Assembly: GCF_009914755.1 (NCBI RefSeq)
Contig: NC_060929.1
Strand: one strand, 5' to 3'
DNA length: 64,000 bases
DNA from: the human T2T-CHM13v2.0 reference genome, Homo sapiens
Shown here piece by piece: positions 40,156 through 58,409 of the stretch. The notes below the pieces were generated by a model. That model worked only from the letters and a program-made list of their open reading frames with translations, was not told where the DNA came from and searched no databases. The position numbers were made by a program, and so were the translations under genes. Position 1 is the stretch's first letter; each line of letters begins with the position of its first letter.

Positions 40156-43100
40156 TCTCACAGTATTTTTCTGAAACCTCTCTTATTATCCCTGGATTCT
40201 ACTCTGCATTTATTGAGTTTGATGGATCTACATCAGATTTCCTTTACAGACTAAGAGTTCCCAGTCTGCCATCTTAATATACACAGTAGTGCCTATCAGT
40301 GTACCTAGTGCATCAGTACATATTAAACTGAAGAAAAAGAGAATTCCCTTTCCTTTTTATAAGCAAACACAATAGGGTAGGCTGCAATATAATGTTTGGA
40401 AATATGAAAGCAAAACGATTCCTGTGCACTTTGTAATTTTGTAAGGACTTTGCATGTAATTGTCCTCAGATAAAAGTGTGGGGAAGATAAAGTATATCTT
40501 GGAAGTCAACTCTCTGTTTGCTTCTTTCTCCTTCCTCCTTCGAATCTTCTGACTCCTGACTCCTGGCCATCTAGTACACCTGCCATGGTATCTGACCCAG
40601 AACACCCTCTATCATCCTTTTCACCCCTACTCCCTCTCACTCCCATTAAAATCCATCTTATGTTTTGGTCCACTGGGAGTCAGGGACCAGGGTTTAATCC
40701 TATTTCTGTCTTTAATACCAACTATGAATATTGGGGAAATTACCCATTTTCCTGATCTGTTTTCTTGTCTGAAAAATGTAGGAATGATGCTCAGTAAAGG
40801 CACCTTTAACTCTAAAACTCTATATTCCTCTGTAGCAACTCACTGAATAAATGAGAGAAAATAAGATTTGTGACTTACACTCTTTGCTCATAGCGTCAGA
40901 ATAAAAGGAACTTCTGGTGACAGATAGGTTAGCTGGAAGGTTTGTGTTTCTGTTGGATAATTGTTCCTTTAAAAAACTATTTTGATTCTGAAAACATTTT
41001 CCATATTAATTTAAATAAATATATTCTTTAAGACAATGGTATATACTCTCTTTAGAGATATAATTGATTTATAAAGAAGGCTTTAGTCTTTCTACTCCTC
41101 CTTTCACTTTTTTGCCATCCCTAGGTGAAAATCCAAAGGGAATTGTATGTGGCAGAAGAAAAACTATTGAGTATAGTTAATGGCTCTCAGTATTAAAGCC
41201 AAGTATTTACAAGTAAAAGGAATGAGGTCCATGTCATTGGTAATGGGATTTAAATGGATTTAGGAACTGAGACTGAAACAGGAGCCTAATTAGAGAAGAT
41301 TCCAGGGTCATCATGTCAGTGCCCACCTGTCCATCAGGCAGACAGACTGTCCACAGCTTTCATTTCAAAGACATGGCCTGTTCTTCTCATCAGTGTCTCT
41401 TGCCTCCTAGTTCTTGAGGGAAAAGACGTCTTGGCTGCCCTGTGCAGCTTGCTGTGTCTGAAGGAGCATACTGAGAGTAGGTTGAGATTCAGCTTATATC
41501 TGGCCTCTAAAAAAGATCTGGACTCAGAATATGATCTTTAATGATTTTCTTAAAGATCGGTGCAGAAAAGAAATCATATTGGATAGATTATCTTTGCTTG
41601 TTATTCTAGTTTTAATTGCCCTTTTAAAAAAAGAAGAAAGGACATGGGTAGGGAATAAAATATCTATTCCCATTCATGGGACAACCACACTTATAATGGG
41701 TCCTTTGTACCTGTTCTTTATATCTCTGCTACTGAACATCTGCTAAGTGGACCTCTGTTCCCTTTTTTCTTTTCTAGTTCATTTTGGGGTTTTCTACATG
41801 AACAATTAATGTCTTTAGCCTATATTGGTTTTTCATGTGGAGCATGTTAGTTATAGAAGCAGCACCCAGAGTAGGTGGCATTTGAAGCTGAATAGGGGAG
41901 GTAAGACCAAGGTAGTAATTGAGCTCAGCTAATCTCTTGGTGGTGGTGTGGGCGTCTGTGTCATGAATGTGCCATAGTCAGTGTTTCTGCACCTTGGTGA
42001 GTTGGGACATCAGAGAATAAAGAGAGTTCTATAGCTTACTCTGCCTTCCTCTGTTGCTTCCCTTTGCTCTTTTCCATCTTTGACGAGGTTTGTTGCTGGA
42101 TGTGGAGAGCCCAGAGATGGTGGAAAAGGGCATGCAGCAGAGATGGCACTTGTATAAGCGAGTCTAATGTGTGAAGATTCTCCATCATGGAAGTAGGATT
42201 TTGTGTTCTTTCCTTTTAGACTCCATCCCAACAATATTTCTCATCATTTAGATCATTATTTGCCTTTAGGCATCAATGCTCAGAGGTGATTCCATTGGCT
42301 TTAGCTTTAATTAAGAAAAAAGAAATCATTAGGGAAGCAGATTCCCCCTTCCAATTCCTAATTAACTTACAGGCAAATTTGTTTTCTGCTAATGACGCAT
42401 CCACATTTTGTTTCAGACTTTGGCCAAATGTTAGCTCAAGGTTTTCATAAATGTAATCCATATTTTAAAATTACCATCACGGATTTTTTTAAAAAATTAT
42501 TACAATTGACTGAACTTCTTGGAATTCATTTCATAAAACACAAAGTTTGCACTATCAGGAATCACGCATGAGAACATTGTGTGATTATCTAGCAATCTCA
42601 AAGCATTCTGAAGCAGGTCTCCTTTGATTCTGAACTTAGAAATTTACTTATTATCTTTTTTGGAGTTAACAAAATAAAAGCAACAAAAAACCAATGGATT
42701 GGGATCCAACCATATGCAATTCTGATTCTTACTTCTCTGGAACATATGCTTAACTTGTCATGCATTTATTTACCCAATCTAATAAGTTATCTTGATATTA
42801 GAGCAGGGTGCTAGGCTGGCTTGCTCAATCTTACCTTTCTTACCAGTTGATTCAGGTGGAACTCAATTGGTGTCATCCTGGAGTTAAGAGTCAACACAAC
42901 TACAATTAAAACCAAAGTTTAATCTCCAGCTTCTATGGTGTATATCAAATAAGTAGTGTGTGGAAGAGAAAGACGAGTGGTAAAAAGTGAAAATGAAGAT
43001 AAAAAGTGAAAAAAATGAAAGGATAGAGAAGAAAGGGAGAGCAGTGAATTGAGACCTGTCCATAGAATACTGGAAATATTCTCCCCTCATAGCCAGCTTC

Positions 43101-45673
43101 TTGCTAGATGAATACAAAACTCTAGGTTGCTCTGATGGAATCCAGCTTTTTGAGTACCCAGAAGTTTTCAAATTCTCAAATGGTAATATTAATCCTTTTG
43201 TCAAATAAAATCTTACATAGATGCCCAAGATATAAAAACAATTTAAGTAGTATTAATATAAATTTACCATATAAATGAACATTTATAACATTTCTTTAGT
43301 ATGAAGTTAATTGGTGAGAACTACACTATTAAACACAAAAGTCTGAAATTCAAGAATATGGAGAATACTTCCTTTCATCAGCCACCACATTCAATTTCTG
43401 TGTTTTGGTTTAAATGCACGGTGTCAAAGAAGTCTTGTTTCACTTTAAAGGCAAAGAGTATCTAATTTTTAAAACTTCTGGAAATATTCAAACAGAATTT
43501 TAGTAGCTTTACTATGTTGAAGAAGGAGAATTGGTAAACTTGGGTCTGAAGGCTATTCACTGTAATAGCTGCAAACATAGATGCCATCAGTACCTAAGAC
43601 AAGTGGGAGGCAAAACCCTCTCGTGTTGACATATTTACAGTTGGTGCCAGAGCTCTCACTGGTGGGAGAGTCTCCTGTACCCATGCTGCCATTTAACACA
43701 GTGTGAGATAGCATCCAGAGCATACCCTGCACTGTTAGACCCAAGCCTACTGTGACATTTAGTTGAACTTCCCACACTCAAGTATGGTAGTTTGCTGGCT
43801 TTAGGTATGTACATATCTAAATTTTAACAAAAGACCAGTACCTTGTGCTTACAAATGAATGACATCTACAAGTTCAAACACATACCTACAGGTGGAAGCA
43901 GACACTGAACCCTGAAGTTGGCACATACTGACTTAACTTGGCAGCAAAAATCAAAATAGTGCAGGGCCAGTGTGTTCATATGTTACAGGCAAGTTCTGCT
44001 TTTAATTGCAATGAAATATGTAATTGTCTGACTCAAATATTATGAGGTTGCTAAGCACTTCCTTCAAACTCTAGTACCAGAAAACTCTACCCTGGACCAG
44101 GGTCCCAAGGTCACCAGTCCTGGTATTCCTCACTAAATCGCCTAGGTGCTAAAGAGTTGTTCTGATGATAGCAAGAGAGCTTGTGTTTTCCAAAATTTAT
44201 GGCCACTTTATTTCATTGTGGTGTCCTCTCCCTGTTGGTTTCTTATAACAAATGTATACTTTTCATTAAACTGTTCCTAGCGAATTCTCACAATAAAGCC
44301 CCAACACCTTAATTTGTTTTTCAGGGTCTCTCTCTCTACCTTGCAAAGCTATTGCCCCAAACACTGCACCCAACAGAACTTATTTCATTTGTTTCTCTTT
44401 TTACCTGTTGCTTTTGCTTTCTCTTCACCTAAAATGCCCTCCCTTATATATCTTCATCTCTAAATCTTATGATCAAGACCTTAGAAGTAGTCATTTTTGG
44501 TTCAGCAATATATGCACTGTGAGTGTGTGCACACGTGTGTATATACATATATACACACATATTAAATATACACCTTAGTGCATAAATCACATATATTAAT
44601 ATTAATGACATGGAAATATTACTGCCATTATATTAAGTGGAAAAAGCACATTGAAAAATATGATTCTATTTTTTTGAGGAGAAAAATATGTAGGAAAAAA
44701 ATTTCTGAAGGTTCTACATCCACAAAAATGTTACCAGTTTGAGCTACTGGAGATAAGGCTTATTTTACTTTTTGGTGTTTTATATATTTGAGCAGTAAGT
44801 CTTTTGTAATAAGACATACACTAATAAAATGCATCTCTAAAGTACAGAGCACCTCATCCCACCCTTAAATAAAATTTTAGAATATCCGAACCCCAAACCC
44901 TTTAAGTCGTTCTCACAATTATGTATATATCCAGATATTTTAAAGAATGTTTAACTGATGTGCATGGTACTAAGGTTGATGATAATGATTTGGCACAGCA
45001 TATTTTAATGCCTATTTTGGAAATCATCAGACTGTCCATTCACTCATGTTTGCAGTGATGCCCCTTTTGTCTCCAAGGGTTGAGTACACCTAAGATCTTT
45101 ACTAATGAAAGAGGATTGAGATTTACTGTTTCCCAAAGACCTGGGTGGCATTTTTCAAATATTCTCCTCAACAGAAAAAGAGCAAGCAATTCTGCTGTGT
45201 CATAGTTGTGAACAACGTGTTCACAAAGAAGTGTGACTATTGTTTCTGGTGAATGTATTATGTAAAAAAAATCATAATACATAATCATAATACTCCCCAT
45301 CTACTCTGTCACTCTGAGGCCCTGATATCTTGCTTTGTGTTTCGTTTCTCTATATAGGCTTCTTCTGAAACAAAAAGGAATATTTGATACTCACTGATAA
45401 TTTTTTTAAAGAGTGAATTAGGCAATTTTCCTTGAAACTTCTTTTCTAATTTAGCATGAAGTAGAATAGAATAGTAGAAATGATGGGATTTATTTGGTGA
45501 TACCAAAATAAGAAGGGGAATTGTTTGGTCCTACAGCAGACTGTAAGAGGGCTGAGGAACGGACTGAAGAAAATTATCAAGCATGCATGTTGTTTTTAAG
45601 TGATACTTGAGACTTGGATGTGCAACAGCTGTGTTGTTGGCTTTTTTTTCTTGTGCCAACTTTCTTTATTTGA

Positions 45674-45829
<156 letters not shown>

Positions 45830-46972
45830 TAAGGCCCTCCTTGTCTGCAGATGACCCTGAGCCATGCTTTCCCTCTTCATCCCTACACAGAGCATAGTGT
45901 AAATGCCACGACCAACTCAGTCATACAGTTTCTTTTAAATCTGTACATGTACATATACATTATTCGTTAATTAAGTATAAAGAAAAGTTCTTGGAAAGAA
46001 GGAAATTTCAGTGATCATACAACAGCTCATACTTCTGTGGATATGAATGCATTTTCTAGAGTAGGGTCCACAATTTAGATTCCTTACCTCAGTAAGGCAG
46101 TTGTGGTAACATAGCTATTGTATCCTAACTTCTGTTTTTACCTGTTGATTTCTCTAAGAAAATCTCTTGGTGATTAAAATTTACCACCTGTTGGTTTTTA
46201 ACTCAGAAGTGAAACTGGCATTTTTGACACTAACATATCTTTTTGTCTCTGAATTCTGAGATGCAAATAACGAGTACTTGTTCAGATAACTTTAGGGAGA
46301 CTTATCTGTAATAAAAGAAAATTCATGAAAATTTTGGTACTTGTTAAATCAATTCCTAACATAGTATATAATTTGTCTCCATTATGTTAGAATTATAATT
46401 CTAAAATGATGGTATTTTGGACTAAAAGCAGTCTACACGTAACATTTCATATGCATTATCACAAAGATTATATCATGGAATGTCATGTAATACAGTTGCT
46501 TTTCTAAATTTCACAGTTTAAACCAAAATCTTCTGGCTAACTTGTTGCTGTACACGTAATTGCATCCACTTCCTTTTCCTTTATACTTCTTTTTTCGCCT
46601 TGAGAAACGTGAGAAGGAATTAAAGTGCAACTAAATTGTAATGCGTGAAACATTACATTTTGAAAAAGGAAGCCATCGTTTTAAAAAGTTAGCAAGTTCG
46701 CATGAGAGCACACATTTCTCTTCGTTGCCACCAAGTAATTTTTTGAAATTAGTCTGAATGGACTTATTTCAATAAGCTGATTTTAAAAATTTTTACTTGC
46801 TTATTTTGGAATTGGGGAGATTATTCTTTATCTTGCTAGGACTACTTGTTTCGGACTTGTGATCTCTTGGCTCTCCTTGAAGCAGCTTCTCCAGGGGAAG
46901 CCCTTGTGCTGTCTGTGCACAGAACACTTGGTGTGAAAGAGCCTTTTAACTGTACCTTAAACAGGGACTGGG

Positions 46973-46974
<2 letters not shown>

Positions 46975-47030
<56 letters not shown>
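46975..47030 (+). repeat. Perfect (TG)28 microsatellite
   Basis: Directly visible uninterrupted run. Confidence 0.98.
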
Positions 47031-47032
<2 letters not shown>

Positions 47033-48069
47033 TTTCTGCCCCTGACAGGCTTCTCAATTCCAGGGGAAAACTGTCTTGCAGGGTTTTGTTTTGCTTCTGT
47101 TGGAAATCAGGAGGAGAGTGGGCATTTTGTTCACACGCCATTGAGGCAAAATGTTTGGGATGTGGGATTTGGCTCATGTCCATTTTTCTGGCCGACTGAC
47201 CTCAAATGTGATGTTGCTTTCATTAACTTTTCCAGTTTAAAAATCAGTTGTGCCTAGACATCTTGAAGAAAAATAACATTATTATAAACTAGTGGGATAG
47301 GGAAGAGTGGGCGTATTAGTCATTTAAAACTATGTGGTTTGCCACTAATTCCAGGGCAAGAATGCCACAGAATAACTTCAGTTGTATTCATACTTTGTCT
47401 CCTAAGAATTGCAGACTACCTCGAGCTAAGGGCTCAGACTGAAGTGATTGTGTAAGCAAAACAAAAGCCTACATGGGTTTCAGACTCTCTAGAACTGATT
47501 AGGACCTTCTAGAAAATAAACCGTTGCTTTATTTTGGAGTTTAATGAAGACTCTAGAATTCTGAGAACAGATGTTCTTTTAACACTGAAATATGATATTG
47601 AAGCAACTTTTAGTTTATTTTTTACAACTCACGTTTTGGCTTTATGATGAACAAAAGCACAAATAAACATGAACAGATGTCTGAAATGTTTAAAGGTGTT
47701 CTGAGAAAAACATCTTTGATACCTTTTTAAGCAGGTAAAAAAACGATATTCTGAGCTGAACCCAGAATATAGGTCTTGCTATCTGGGTTTTGTCTGTGGC
47801 AATCAACCTAATGTCAGGAAATGTATCATTTTGTTCACTCTTGACTAGATAATTCTGGAACCAAAATCTATTGTCTAGTAATATGCTACTTAGCAAAATT
47901 TAAATGGCCTAATTTCTAAGGATTCTATTTCCATCTCCCCCCTGCTTTGGTTATTGTTATGCATCAATTTGATGGTGGACATTAGATCCATAATATAATT
48001 GCTTTGATAATTAGACTGGCTCCTTGTATCACTTAAGATCCAATTAGGAGATAGAAACCACAGTAATTT

Positions 48070-49440
<1,371 letters not shown>

Positions 49441-50235
49441 AACACAGAGTAACTGGAAAGGAGAAAGTTTAATATAAAGAATATTAACTAACTATAACAG
49501 GAGATTGGAGTAATGAGGGATGGGCTAGTAAGAAGTAGATAGATCTCTAGAGAATATAGGAATAGCAGATATAAGAAGCAACCACTACCTCTAAGGTGGA
49601 CATAGAATGTCCAAAAAGGAAACCCCACTAAGGGTGCGATCCAGACCTGCTGGAGAGGGCACAGTCACAGCTCACTCAGATCCAGAGAGGTGCTGTGGTA
49701 CTATCCTAGCAGAACTTGCTGGAAATATGCCCTCTAGGACTTTTATAGGACTTTGGAAAAAACTCTTCATGGAAAAGTCTCACCAGAAGCACTCTGCTAC
49801 AAAAAAGGGGAAGTCATTGGCTGATGGGTGCAGCTAGCCACAGTGTACTGCAGGAGCGGTATGCTAGAGAAGCTGTCCGTGCTGCAAGAGCTTGGTTCTG
49901 GATAAGCAATTTGTGCTACAGAAACAAGGCATTGGAAAAGCCATAGGTGCTCCAGGAGCCAGGTACTGGAGCAGCTATTGGCACTGCGCTTACATTGCAG
50001 AAGCTTGGTGCTTTAGGAGCCAAGAGCACAAGTGCACTACGTGCTCTGAGTGCACTGGAAGTAGAATGGAAAAACTCCTTTTGCAATGTCTCTCTAGCGC
50101 CCCCTATTGAAAATACTTAACATTTGGCCAACCAGCAATAGAAAAATATTTGGAGGGCACATACCCATTTTTGTAGAGCAGGCAATGAAGGATAAATTTA
50201 GAGCTGAAAGGCAATAAACTGATAACTGTTGACGC

Positions 50236-50985
50236 ATACTCCTTTGGTTATCCAATTCCTATATGCACCCTCCACACATGTTTGCATTCCTATACATAAA
50301 AAAAACCCCTGTATTTCCACCTAATATACAGCAATTCATCTTAGAAGTGAACATGCTCATACTCTCTTCCTAAAATGAGGAGATGCAAGTCCCAACATTC
50401 ATTGGATTCATTGCTGGTTATATTAAATTTTTTTCAAATTAAGTCACAGTTCTACTGAATATTCTGTTTCCTAGATACTAAAGTTAACTTGAAACAACTA
50501 GCATGTAAAACAGAAAGGAAAAAAAGAAAATAGCAAATAAAATAAACATATGCATATAACAAACAAATAACAAACATTAAGAGCTATTAAAAATGTCTTT
50601 CATGTAATTGGTCACAAGGTGGTAACTGATATCTATGGCTTCCCTCTTCTACTTCCCATCCCATATTTCCCCCACTCTCAGCCCAAACTTCAGTTACTTG
50701 GGGTTATTTACCTGGTGGAGTGGCTCAAACCATCATTACTGAAAGATCTGCATTCCTACTTGTCCTGCCTTTTTTCTGGTTGTTGACATTTGTCATCAAC
50801 TTCATTACTGTCATGGGAGTATTAAGAGGTATTCCACAGAATCCTCGGGTTCCAGACCTAGGTGTTCCCTCCCTGTGCAGCAGCAACCCAATTTTCCCTT
50901 GATAATCTGGATCAATCACTCCAACCAGAAGTTTAACTCCTTTTACTGACATTAGGAGTCTAAAATGGTCAGATGGTAATCAATT
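50236..50985 (-). mobile_element. ERV-L internal remnant with dUTPase-like fragment
   Basis: ORF 50725-50952(-) contains KGVKLLVGVIDPDYQGKIGLLLH (dUTPase motif 3-like); PPT-like ccaaaggagta abuts the LTR. Confidence 0.75.
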
Positions 50986-52439
50986 GATAACTGTCCTACA
51001 TAGCTGTCTTTTTTTTTTCCTTTCTAAAATACATGGGTGATTAAGGGACTGACAAATACTTTCAGTCCAATTTCAAAAGGCTTCTCTTTGAGATTTGATA
51101 TGTCTGTTTGCCTTGGCAGCTGAGGGAAGGGTTCCTGCCTGTGACAAACAGTCAGTGTTCCTGGCTTTCCTGGGTCTCAATGTATTCTCTGTATAAAAAA
51201 CCAGGTATGTCAGAGAATTGTAAAAAGTTTGTTCTCCCAAAATGAAATCATGATTTATTTGACTAGGCTTAGACATATTCCTTCTTTTTAAATTTGATTA
51301 AATTATTGTTTTTAAAAAGCACACATGTGTTTTACCTTTATTGGCATCCTAATGCGTATCCTAGCTTTTATGAGTGAATGACATTAATCTATTTTATCCC
51401 ATCTCCTTCTTCCCTCCCCTCTTCCCTGCTCTAGCTCTGTTCTTCCCCCCATCAATTTATCTGCCCATGCATCAATCCTCCATTGCTCTTCTCCCCTCAC
51501 TGGATGATAAACAACTCCTGGAGGGCAAAGGCCATATGTTATTAATCTCTGTAAGCCTCCATTGTGCCTGGCATGTGGTTGGAGCACAGTAAAACTTCCA
51601 TTTAATTAGATTGAAGGAACCATATGATTCTATATGATTCTGAGAAGGTCATTCATGTGTTCATTTTGTGAACTTTCATTGAATGATTACTGTGTGCAAG
51701 GGACTGCATTGAATGCTGGGGATAAAGGAACAAATGAGTAATGGTTGCTGCTCTGACAGAGCTCATAGCTTGGGAGAAAAATAAAGTGAAAGAAAGAGAA
51801 CTGCCTCTGTAGAAGAAGTAGATTGAGGGAAACTGGATGGAGTCAGATAAGGTAGTGAGAGATTTTCTGAGTGGACAAGGGAGACAAGGGCTAAGAGTGT
51901 ACAGCCCTTCACTTTCAGTTGGGGACAGAAAACAGATTGCAATAGACTACTCTTCCAGAAACTTCTCTGAGAAGCCAAGGAGAGGAAGCAAAGAAATAGA
52001 GAGTTAGTAAGAAGTAAGTGTACGGTCAAGAAAAAGTTTTTTGTTTTCATGCCTTTGTCTATGTTTTAAGGTGAAAAAAGACTCAGAAGCTGAGAAGATG
52101 GTGAAAGAAAAGAGGGAGAGGCTGGAGACTGGGTTGAGAGAGTGGATTGCGGAATAGAGGCAACAAGGCACCTGAGAAGACAGCTGGCAGATGGGATGGG
52201 ATCCTGGGCACTGACAGAGAGATTAGTAAGGAGTACTGCCCATTCCCAATAGAATGAGGAAGAAAACCATGGCCAGAATAGGTGTAAACAGGTTTCTAGG
52301 TATCAGGGGTGCTGGTGGGCAATGGGATGGAGAATCTGAGGAAGTCTATATCAGATGACCTTCCTTCTCTTGATAAACTGTCAGGAGAGAGAGTCTGCTG
52401 ATATAAAAGGGGGCAGAAGGGCGGTTACATTGATGATCA

Positions 52440-52690
52440 TGATGATAGTAATAGTTCACCTTTATTGAACACTTGATATGCAATCATCATTATAAGAGCT
52501 TTACAGGAATTACTCTCTTAATGGCCATAACATACTATAAGATGGTTGCAGTTATTGTTCCTAGTTTACAGATGAGGAAACGGAGGTGCAGAACATTTAG
52601 GTGACTTGCCTGAATTTATGTATCTATTAAGTGGTGGAGCCAAACTTGCATCTCATTCAGAGCCAGTAACTTTAATCACCGTGGTATGGG
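52440..52690 (-). mobile_element. MIR
   Basis: tttattgaacactt...tttacagatgaggaaacggaggtgcagaacatttaggtgacttgcc. Confidence 0.8.
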
Positions 52691-54099
52691 GCTAACGGAA
52701 GTTGGAAAACAGGTTTACTGAAAGTAGCAAGAATCAGCAACAGTGAGGAGAATGAGAGCAGGAGACAGGGGCAGATGACACCGGACGATTATGAAAACAA
52801 ACCCTCTGAGAGACGTTGAGGGCCCATTAATACTAGAGATGATGAATTCATAATGGCACCCATCTAGACTTTCCTCATTCATAATCTTGTGAATGTTGGG
52901 GCAGATTCTATTTATGATCCTTTTCAATTCTGTGATTTTATGTATGACTTACTTTAAGCAATATGTATATGCAACTCCTGAGATCTTTCTTTGTGATGGA
53001 AACCCTTTAAACCTTTTGTATGAATAGCAGTAACACATTTGTTTTCTTATTCCATATAATCCTATTTATAATTTCCCAAACATCTATAGAGAAATCTATT
53101 TCACCTACAGCTATAGGGCACAAATGGTAGAGTCCTAAATCAGCCAGCATATGGTTTTCAAATGCTTGTCCCTCGGGCTCTTTGCTTTTGACATTAGTAC
53201 CACATAGCGGCAAAAATAGAAATTAGCTTTGGTCTAGAAACTCCAAACTTGGGTTTTATTGAGTCACTAATAGCATTCCGGTTAAATATACTTGGCAGTA
53301 GTGAAAATATCCCTAGGAGGCAAGACTAGCTCAAACATTTTCAGGTGCAGCGTAAGGAACACTGATAACCTTTTGTGTAAAGCAGGCATGATGTACAGCA
53401 TGGAGAAAGTAATAAGATTTTGCCTGCAGGATATTCGAATGGGGGGAATCCATTTGAAGGATATTATGAGCCAGAAACATAAGGCACAAAAAGCTGACAT
53501 ATTTCCTAGCAAAGTCTGCTGTAAAGATCTATTGACTGGCAACAATGGTGGGATCGATGCTGTCTGCGGAGAGTAGACGCTGGGAGCCCAGTCCTCGCTG
53601 CAGTCATTAACAGGCCTGTTGCGCTGTCAGAATTACTTTCGAAATCAGGTTGATGGAGCAGCAAGAATAAGAGTAGATCAGTTGGGTTCACTGGTGTTAG
53701 GGTCAGGCTGATGATGATAACTGGGAAGGATTGGGTTCTGAACAGTTCATCAGAACGGTCCCAAAGGTAGTTTCACTGATGGACCATCCAAATAGTTTGA
53801 TAAAGGTCACAGACAGAAACTGCTGATTTTGCCTTTCCTAAGGAGTCCAAAATTTGGACTGTTCTTTGCCACTTTCAGGAGGGGCAAAGAACTACTACCA
53901 CCACCCTCTGTCACCCACCCTGGAATGGAATTGCTATCCCCCTAACTGCTCTCCTTTCTGTGATGTTTCTGTGCCTCCCTTTCCTCATGCTTTGAACAAG
54001 GATAAGAATATCTATTATACTCATAGGCTTGTGGGGATTAAATGAAGACTTAACAGGTATTCGCCAGTGCTGTGCATGGCAGTATATAATGACAAGTAA

Positions 54100-54552
<453 letters not shown>

Positions 54553-54884
54553 TAAATGGAGGCTCTCTTTGTCCACAGTTGCTTGCCACAAGATTCCCCA
54601 GACAGAAGACCTAGTAAAGTTTTATTTTGTTTTTGTTTTTGGTTTTTTTTTTTTGGTGCATTATTTCCAACCTCTGATCACAGATGTCCTTACCAGATGA
54701 AATCATATCCAGTTTATATTGCTTCTGGCATAGTGAGAATACTAATGATGTTTAAATTACTTGTGCTAGTGAGTTCATGCAGTGGCTTTAAAGATAAGAC
54801 TGGGCTGTCATGTTGTTTAACTCCACTTCATATCATTCATTGATTTTTCTTTTTTTTTTTTTTTTTTGATACTTGGTGCAATAT

Positions 54885-56010
<1,126 letters not shown>

Positions 56011-56228
56011 GAAGGCGTAAATGTGCCAGGAGCAGTGACAGATATAAAAATGAGACATGAGAGATGAGTAAGACACTGCCTCTTCTTTTTAGGGGCTCTT
56101 AGTTTGATAGAGGAGCTGAAGTATGTAAACAAACAGATTGGCAAAGCATCCGAAGCAGCCAGGGAGGAAGGGACCAAAGGTTTTCGACAGAGAGGGCGTG
56201 ATGCGAAGTCCTTCCTTCAGTGGCCTAA

Positions 56229-56600
<372 letters not shown>

Positions 56601-57417
56601 TGACACATTCATTCTTAATGACTTGGCAGAAGATCCCCTGGCCATAGACTGGTAGCTGCAATGAAATTATAGAAGTCAGGCAAGATGTACTGGGTGTGAT
56701 TTCTGTGAACTTTGAGGAAAATGTGTGTCTCGGAGTTCTTCACCCTCAAGAGAGAAAAAATTATAATGTAAACATCAAGGTTATTACTGAGAGGGAGGAG
56801 TGACTTCTGAAATGGTGGCCCCATGACTAAGGAAGGTGTTTGAAAATCAGCCCTTGTTTGAGTGGAGAATATTTAACAATTTTGCTATCTAAACTTTCTC
56901 ATATTACTTCTCAAGGTGGAAATTCTATGTGAGGATGTAGAACTTAGTTGTTAAATTTGTACCCAAATGGTGTACAAATGCATACAAACTGCAAATGAAC
57001 AGTAAGAAATTAGGCAAAGAAATGCAGACTACAAATTATTTCTAATCACATAGTGATGAGTCGAATTTCATTAATCTTCTTAGACTCCTCTTTAATTAAA
57101 TAAATAGCAGGAAATAACAGCCCGGTTTAAAAGAATGTTTGTACAGGGAGCAGAAATATTAGATCATAAATCTTTATAATTTCTTTCATATAAACATATA
57201 CATGAAACATATACAAACCATTTTCTGACTGTACCAATGTGTTTGCTGGCTGCCGTGCTCAGAGTGAAGTGATGATATGTACGAGATGGTGCTGTAGACC
57301 TGCTTGTTTCCCTCTCCTACTGTCTTGGGCTACTGCCCGATTCTAATAGAGCCATGTGTGTCTTGTCTCAGGGGATTATACTGTCCACTGTCCATTGGCT
57401 GAAACTAGGTGTTGTAG

Positions 57418-57755
<338 letters not shown>

Positions 57756-58409
57756 TGTTCTGGTTTATTTTTATAATTCGGCGTCTGTCATGGCTATATC
57801 TGATATCTTATTTTTTGTGAGTGTGTTAAAGAACTTTTTAAAACACTTGAAAATTTCCCCAGGTCAGAATTTCCCCCCAAAAGCTAATGACTCTTTTTCC
57901 TTCTTTGATCAAAGTATTTTTAAAATTCATACACAACCTAGTTAATTTTAATGAGTTTGAACATTTGTGCCTATAGCCTGGAGAAAATTAAGTGTTCTTG
58001 AGATGGATAAAACTCATGAAGGGCAGAAGTAAAAAGACAATAATATTTGTCCTAGTTATATAGACTATTCCAGTAGAACAAATAGTAGAGTTTATAAGAA
58101 CATAGCTCTTGGTCCATAAATAAATGGTGTCATCTTAAAATTCTGTGAAAACCAAATGGTTTTACTACTCACTATTTTTGCATAAAACTAGTGGAGGTAG
58201 GTAGCTTGTAAAGAAAGTCTAAATTTTAATGGAATTGATTTGAACTTGATGTTAGTATATAATTGGAAATTTTTGTTCATACATTAAAGAAAAGCAGCCA
58301 TTTTAAGAAAAAAGAAACTTATGTGGTAAAATCAGTATTATATAAGCAGATTTATCCATGCCTTAAATTAGCTTTTAGAATATTTAGACCACATCAGAGT
58401 TTAAAAGAT

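Noticed and set aside
46842-47257. ORFs with CV/HT dipeptide repeats (similar ones at 1542-1881)
   Set aside because: Translation of dinucleotide microsatellites.
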